DNA from: a bacterium UBP4_UBA6127 | GTDB lineage: Bacteria; UBP4; UBA4092 | NCBI GenBank assembly: GCA_002428325.1 | Contig: DIVR01000052.1 | Coordinates: forward strand, 11,112 to 75,111 | Reading direction: 5' to 3' | Length of the DNA: 64,000 bases | Shown here: piece by piece, positions 58,761-64,000 of the stretch | Layout of the letters: each line of letters starts with the position of its first letter | How positions within the stretch are numbered: position 1 is the stretch's first letter | The notes under the pieces: generated by a model | Seen by the model: the letters and a program-made list of their open reading frames with translations, nothing else | The model's database searches: none | What the model was told of the DNA's origin: nothing | Translations under genes and position numbers: made by a program

Positions 58761-59776
58761 TGGATTTGACTCCCGATATACTTATACAACTCAGAAGCCA
58801 TTTTTAATGCAGTGTCTTTATCCTTGGCTCCATGGACTCCGGCGACAACCTTTCCCCGAGAAAATACCAAATCATAATCCCCAAGTAAATCACCGCCATA
58901 CAGGCCGGGCAGGTTCTGATTGGATACATCCCATGATTCGCCGCCATATTCCACCATAAATGCATGATACCCTTCCGCGGTCTTTTTTGCCTTTTCCTCA
59001 TTACTCTGGAGGATAATAAAAAGGGTAATCTCTTTTTTATCCAATTTATAAACAGCTGTCATGACATTAGAAAACTGGTCATATCCAAAAGCATTATGGG
59101 CATATAATTTATAACTGCCTTGTACCAGGGACTTGGCAGGAAAATAAGTTATCTCCGGCAGAGATACTTGGACTGTATCAAGGGGACGTTTCAGTATGGA
59201 TTGGGCAACAGTTTGAATAGCTTTTTTCATGGCAGTATCTGATTTTCCAGATACAATTTCCATGTAATATTTTCCCTGAATAAAATAAACAGCATTATCC
59301 GATTCATACGAAAAAGGTGCTAATGAGGATGTTCGGCTGTTAGGACGTCTTTGATTACTGTAAACCACAAACGCATTCCGTGGATTTCCCATATCATAAA
59401 GATAACACTCAAACCATAAAGACGGATTCCCTGCCAGTGAAAAACGCCGGCAATATAACCTGACAAATCCTTCCTCGAGATAGAGATCCGCTTTACCGTC
59501 GATCTTATCGGAAAGGGTCTGAGGCCCAAAGGTTTCCATTTCACCCATGGGGCTGATCTCCTTAACAGGAATGCTTAAGAGACCCGTTTCAGTTTCCTGG
59601 GGAAAACTGATTTCTTCCTGGGGTATTTCCAACTTCTCAGGAATCGTCATGGTACGGGTTTGAGTAGGAACAGTAAATAAGGTTTTGTCATAATGAGACT
59701 GCTTAACCAACAGGATCCCGGATAGGCATAAAAGAAGAAGGATTATGGCAATACTGATCGTTGTTTCATATCTCAT
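58757..59776 (-). CDS. DUF6599-like exported protein
   Basis: N-terminal anchor, LSDKIDGKADLYLEEGF, LYDMGNPRNAFVVYS, FIQGKYYMEI. Stop overlaps the DUF362 start (ATGA). Confidence 0.65.
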   Translation of the reverse strand: MRYETTISIAIILLLLCLSGILLVKQSHYDKTLFTVPTQTRTMTIPEKLEIPQEEISFPQETETGLLSIPVKEISPMGEMETFGPQTLSDKIDGKADLYLEEGFVRLYCRRFSLAGNPSLWFECYLYDMGNPRNAFVVYSNQRRPNSRTSSLAPFSYESDNAVYFIQGKYYMEIVSGKSDTAMKKAIQTVAQSILKRPLDTVQVSLPEITYFPAKSLVQGSYKLYAHNAFGYDQFSNVMTAVYKLDKKEITLFIILQSNEEKAKKTAEGYHAFMVEYGGESWDVSNQNLPGLYGGDLLGDYDLVFSRGKVVAGVHGAKDKDTALKMASELYKYIGSQIQ

Positions 59777-59869
59777 AAGTTATGAATCCCTGGATATTTA
59801 AAACCTTTTTTCATTACCATCGATTGTCTTGATGCATTATCCCCTATAATAATAGAGAATGGGTAAATT

Positions 59870-61036
59870 TTGAACAGATTTTATCCATATAAAAAACACA
59901 TGATACTCAATAAAAGTCCCCATTTAAAATTGCTATTTGATGCCCGAATGATTGCTCATTCCGGCATTGGCAGATATATAAACAATTTATTGACTCAATT
60001 TGTTCAAATGGATATGGACCCTTTCGAGATTATCTTAGCAGGAAACCCTGCCCTGCTTCAGTCCTTTGCAGGTTATCCTCAGATTAAAATACACCCTTTC
60101 ATTTCTTCGGTTTACAGCCCACAGGAACTCATCCAGTGGCAGATAATCCTCAAAAAAACTCAGCCAGACCTGCTTCATGTGCCCCATTATAATACCCCAG
60201 TTTTCCCCGGCTCTAAAATGGTTGCTAATATTCATGACCTTTTACACTGGAAATATCCTGAAACAATCAGAAATCCCCTGGGCCGGTATTATTCCAAAAT
60301 CAGATTCAAAAGAACGATTCAACAATCGGATGTGCTATTAACCCTTACCCAAACCATCAAAAATGAGTTAGGGGATGAATTTTCCGGTATTAATCATAAA
60401 GTTGAAGCAATTTACCCAGGCATCCCTGCTTTTATAGAACCCCTGGCTAATGGTCCCATGAATCAAAAGATATTAGATAAATATCATATAATTTCACCCT
60501 ACTTTTTATTCGTTGGGATTGATAAGCCGCATAAAAACCTGACTCGATTGATGGAGGCATTTGGCAAGGTTAAAACACTTTTGAATGAGCCTGTTCAATT
60601 AGTTATTACGGGAAACCATGATGTATCATTATTTAACATGCCAGAGGGTTCAAGCATTATAAAAACCGGTCAAATTCCTGATGACGAACTCTCAATTCTA
60701 TATAAAAAGGCTTTGGCCCTTATATCCCCTTCGCTTTCAGAAGGTTTTGGCTTTACTCCTTTTGAAGGATTTATTCATGGAATCCCCTCAGCGGTCTCAG
60801 ATATCCCTGTTTATCATGAAGTCTGTAAAGATTCTGTTTTATACTTTAATCCTCTGGATACTGATCAAATGGCATCGGTAATGATTCGCTTATCCAAAGA
60901 AAAGTCTTTGCGTAGTGAGTTGATTATGAAAGGGTCCCGACAAATGAAGGAATATTCCTGGAATCAGACTGCCAGGAAAACCCTTGAAGTCTATCGAAAG
61001 CTGATTATTGGTGGACCGGCAAGAGGGTTTCGATGA
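59870..61036 (+). CDS. GT4 glycosyltransferase (MtfB/WbaZ-like)
   Basis: FDARM...SGIGRY, IHDL, VGIDKPHKNL, PSLSEGFG, SDIPVYHEV, YSWNQTA. Likely ATG start at 59900. Confidence 0.9.
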   Translation: MNRFYPYKKHMILNKSPHLKLLFDARMIAHSGIGRYINNLLTQFVQMDMDPFEIILAGNPALLQSFAGYPQIKIHPFISSVYSPQELIQWQIILKKTQPDLLHVPHYNTPVFPGSKMVANIHDLLHWKYPETIRNPLGRYYSKIRFKRTIQQSDVLLTLTQTIKNELGDEFSGINHKVEAIYPGIPAFIEPLANGPMNQKILDKYHIISPYFLFVGIDKPHKNLTRLMEAFGKVKTLLNEPVQLVITGNHDVSLFNMPEGSSIIKTGQIPDDELSILYKKALALISPSLSEGFGFTPFEGFIHGIPSAVSDIPVYHEVCKDSVLYFNPLDTDQMASVMIRLSKEKSLRSELIMKGSRQMKEYSWNQTARKTLEVYRKLIIGGPARGFR

Positions 61037-62214
61037 AAATTGCGCTTGTCCATGACTGGTTAAATGGGATGCGTGGGGGAGAAAAAGTATTAGAAGTCCT
61101 CTGCGAACTGTATCCTGAGGCAACCATTTATACTTTGATCTATGAACCAGAAAAGGTTTCTTCCACTATTCGTAAGATGAAGGTCATTTCTCATCCGGTA
61201 TTAGGGAAACTCCCTTTGGTTAAAAACCATTATCGCCATTACCTTCCCCTATTCCCTTATTTCATAGAGCAATTTGATTTAAGAGGATTTGATCTGGTCA
61301 TCAGCACTTCCCATTGCGTGGCCAAAGGAGTTATTGTTCCCCCGGAAGCTTTCCATTTATGTTATTGTTTTACTCCCATGCGATATGCCTGGGACCAGTA
61401 TTTTGAGTATTTTCCTTCTAATCAAAGGGGACTAAAATCATTACTCATACCCTTTTTTATGAATCACTTAAGAATATGGGACCAGTTATCCGCTTCAAGA
61501 GTCGATAAATTCATTGCTATCTCTGAGAATATCGCCCGAAAAATCAATAAATATTACAGACGGGATGCCCACATTCTTTATCCACCCGTTGATACCGCTT
61601 TCTTTCATCCGGTGGAAAATATATCAGAGGATTATTTTTTAGTTGTATCTGCCCTTGTTCCTTATAAAAGAGTTGATATTGCTGTTCAAGTATTTAATAA
61701 ATTAGGGTTTCCCTTGAAAATTGTCGGAAAAGGTCCAGATTTGAATCGTTTGATTCAAATTGCGAAACCCAATATCACCTTTTTAGGGTGGCAGGATAAT
61801 CACACCTTAAGAAATCTATATTCTGGGTGTAAAGCCCTTATTTTTCCTGGAGAAGAAGATTTTGGCATTGTACCCCTCGAGGCAATGAGCTGTGGAAGAC
61901 CTGTCATTGCTTATGGTAAGGGTGGAGCCTTGGAAACAATTCAAAGCGGTATCAATGGTCTCTTCTTTGATGAGCTTTCAGTCGATTCACTGATTTCTGC
62001 GGTAGATAAATGGAATAAAATGCCCCCTTTTATTCCGGAAATGGTACAAAAAAGCATCAGAAGCTTTGAGCGTTCTGTTTTTAAAGAAAACTTTAAAAAT
62101 ACTGTTAATCAATATTACAATGAATGGATATATAATGGGAAAACGAAATCATTCTCCAATTGTTATCCAATACAATACTTAAATAAAGCAGGAAAATGGA
62201 CTTTGAATGAATAA
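61033..62214 (+). CDS. GT4 glycosyltransferase
   Basis: KIALVHDWLNGMRGGEKVL, STSHCVAKG, YCFTPMRYAWD, SALVPYKR, EDFGIVPLEAM. Confidence 0.92.
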   Translation: MKIALVHDWLNGMRGGEKVLEVLCELYPEATIYTLIYEPEKVSSTIRKMKVISHPVLGKLPLVKNHYRHYLPLFPYFIEQFDLRGFDLVISTSHCVAKGVIVPPEAFHLCYCFTPMRYAWDQYFEYFPSNQRGLKSLLIPFFMNHLRIWDQLSASRVDKFIAISENIARKINKYYRRDAHILYPPVDTAFFHPVENISEDYFLVVSALVPYKRVDIAVQVFNKLGFPLKIVGKGPDLNRLIQIAKPNITFLGWQDNHTLRNLYSGCKALIFPGEEDFGIVPLEAMSCGRPVIAYGKGGALETIQSGINGLFFDELSVDSLISAVDKWNKMPPFIPEMVQKSIRSFERSVFKENFKNTVNQYYNEWIYNGKTKSFSNCYPIQYLNKAGKWTLNE

Positions 62215-63610
62215 ACAAGAAAAAATGCGCCAGGACCTCCTACTTCAAGTTTCTTTAATGCTCCTGGATATTATTGCTATATGGATAGCCTTTTCTCTGG
62301 CATATTGGATTCGTTTTGAAGCCAATGTCATTCCTGTCACTAAAGGCCTGCCCAACCTTGGAGAGTATTTAAGAGCCTTGATTTTTACGGTCATTATTTG
62401 GGAGACTCTCTTGATCTATAATGGCCTTTATATCATTAGAGGCAAGGATTTCAGTTATAACAGTGTTTATCGAATTGCACGCTCTACCTTAATCGGTACC
62501 ATTATTTTAATGGCTTTTGTTTTTATCTTTAGAAATCTAAACCTTTCCCGATGGGTTGTATTCCTTGGGTTAATCTTCAGTAACATCTTCTTAAGCCTCG
62601 GCCGCTGGGCATTTTATGACATAATTCGGCATTTTAGGAAAAACGGTTGGAGTGTTTACCGAACCCTGATTGTCGGGACAGGGAAAATGGCCAAAGTGAT
62701 TGCTGATAAAATCCGAAATCATCCTGAATCAGGGCTGTCTTTCATTGGGTATATTTCCAATCCCATTACAGATGAGAATAATCATGTTAACGATGAGACC
62801 ATGGGTTCTATCTATGATTTAGATAAAATCATCATCGATAATTCTATTGATAAGGTTATTATTGCCTGCCCTCATTTGGATCGGAATCTGATATTTGAAT
62901 TACTTTTGCATATCGAGAAGAATATCGCTGATTTTTCAATTGCACCGGATATGTTAGAACTGATGATAAACCGAGTCACAGTAGATGACATTTATGGGAT
63001 TCCCCTATTAAGCCTGAAAGATTCTCCATTAAAAGGGTGGAAGTTGTTTGTGAAACATAGTTTTGACCGCTTGACCTCTCTGATAGGGGTTATTTTTCTG
63101 ATACCTCTTTTCCTGATAATTGCCATTCTTATCAAATTAGACTCTGAAGGCCCTGTCTTCTATAAACAGGAACGAATCGGCGCTGATGGAAAACGATTTT
63201 TAATTTTTAAGTTCCGTTCTATGAGAGTAGATGCAGAAGATGATACCGGTCCGGTCTGGGCTAAACCGGATGATCCCAGAAGAACGAAACTGGGGTCCTT
63301 GCTTAGAAGGTATAACTTGGATGAATTACCACAACTTATTAATGTACTCAAGGGTGATATGAGCCTGGTTGGACCTCGCCCTGAAAGACCTTATTTTGTG
63401 ACCAAATTTAAGGAAAAAATCCCTTTATATATGAGTCGGCATCGTGTAAAATCCGGGATTACCGGATGGGCTCAGGTAAATGGTTTACGAGGCGATACCT
63501 CTATAGAAGAAAGAACCAAATATGATGTATATTATGTAGAAAACTGGTCTTTTCTGTTTGATTTGAAAATCCTTTTGATGACTTTTATTTCAAAAGATAA
63601 CGCTTATTAG
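62207..63610 (+). CDS. Undecaprenyl-phosphate sugar phosphotransferase (WcaJ/WbaP family priming GT)
   Basis: Four N-terminal TMs, CoA-binding-like domain, KFRSM, LDELPQLINVLKGDMSLVGPRPERP, KSGITGWAQVNG, YYVENWS. Confidence 0.95.
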   Translation: MNKQEKMRQDLLLQVSLMLLDIIAIWIAFSLAYWIRFEANVIPVTKGLPNLGEYLRALIFTVIIWETLLIYNGLYIIRGKDFSYNSVYRIARSTLIGTIILMAFVFIFRNLNLSRWVVFLGLIFSNIFLSLGRWAFYDIIRHFRKNGWSVYRTLIVGTGKMAKVIADKIRNHPESGLSFIGYISNPITDENNHVNDETMGSIYDLDKIIIDNSIDKVIIACPHLDRNLIFELLLHIEKNIADFSIAPDMLELMINRVTVDDIYGIPLLSLKDSPLKGWKLFVKHSFDRLTSLIGVIFLIPLFLIIAILIKLDSEGPVFYKQERIGADGKRFLIFKFRSMRVDAEDDTGPVWAKPDDPRRTKLGSLLRRYNLDELPQLINVLKGDMSLVGPRPERPYFVTKFKEKIPLYMSRHRVKSGITGWAQVNGLRGDTSIEERTKYDVYYVENWSFLFDLKILLMTFISKDNAY

Positions 63611-63623
63611 GTTGAGGATGACA

Positions 63624-64000
63624 ATGAAAAACAAAGTACTATTATTTACCCTGCTGGGATTTTTTGTCCTTTTCATGGGAGTGGTTGGGATTTTATTGGT
63701 GTTATCCCTTATTTTCGGCGGAAATCGGAATTCAGACTTTTCAATATCTGATAATAAAATCGCGATTATTGAACTTAATGGGACCATTGATAATTCTGAA
63801 AAAATAAATGCTCTGATAAAAAAAGCTAAAGACAATTCATCTGTCAAAGCGATTGTCTTGAGAATTAACAGTCCCGGTGGAATGGTCGGAGCTTCTCAGG
63901 AAATATACCAGGAAGTAACCACAGCTCGTTCCGAAGGAAAAATCATTGTTTCTTCCATGGGGGATTTAGGCGCATCAGGAGCTTACTACATCGCTTGCGG
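63624..64000 (+). CDS. sppA: Signal peptide peptidase SppA, 3'-truncated by window edge
   Basis: Not in the ORF track. Translated by hand from ATG 63624 (GAGG RBS): TM anchor, IAIIELNGTI, VKAIVLRINSPGG, SQEIY, VSSMGDLGASGAYYIA. Confidence 0.93.
   Translation, partial: MKNKVLLFTLLGFFVLFMGVVGILLVLSLIFGGNRNSDFSISDNKIAIIELNGTIDNSEKINALIKKAKDNSSVKAIVLRINSPGGMVGASQEIYQEVTTARSEGKIIVSSMGDLGASGAYYIAC

Noticed and set aside
59870-63610. GT4-GT4-WcaJ-like cluster as a novel system
   Set aside because: A common exopolysaccharide/envelope initiation arrangement with no unusual domain content seen.
1-64000. Recoding (selenocysteine, pyrrolysine, programmed frameshift) or split genes
   Set aside because: All recognised proteins appear full length in one frame, and I saw no in-frame TGA/TAG followed by continued homology. 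The corrinoid gene has no adjacent Pyl-type methyltransferase.

Overview
A core-chromosome window from a low-GC (roughly 40% by eye, not computed) diderm bacterium. It is densely coding, and I see no prophage, integrase, transposase or CRISPR array. In order it holds: uvrB plus a GT-C glycosyltransferase; a DUF2062-hypothetical-tsaC-LMW phosphatase-rpiB-glyA run; a complete tolQRAB-pal-cpoB locus, then rpoN and manC; a beta-propeller/amidase fusion; sdhCDAB; nadA, a UgtP-like glycosyltransferase and pilT; a degenerate gamma-glutamyltransferase; long-form greA; tRNA-Ala(CGC); folC-pheS; a PAP2/GT-C envelope-modification cluster; a thermonuclease; tRNA-Leu(CAA); hisF-hisI-trpEGDCFBA-accD; an orphan corrinoid protein; an SDR; an orphan histidine kinase; a TPR protein; a DUF6599-DUF362-polyferredoxin-aldo/keto reductase operon; GT4-GT4-WcaJ-like genes; and a partial sppA. 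The most unusual observations are: (1) PheS fused in frame to a MetRS-C/Trbp111-type tRNA-binding OB domain, with no pheT downstream; (2) four related intergenic palindromes, two with mirrored substitutions; (3) an intact PAP2 phosphatase fused to an ArnT-like transferase next to a GT2 and a flippase-like gene; (4) a secreted protein that seems to carry a detached DUF2723/TMEM260-like soluble domain; (5) a GGT homologue lacking its nucleophilic Thr; (6) a Tat-exported Fe-S redox operon of unknown function. Family assignments come from motif recognition by eye; no database search was run.
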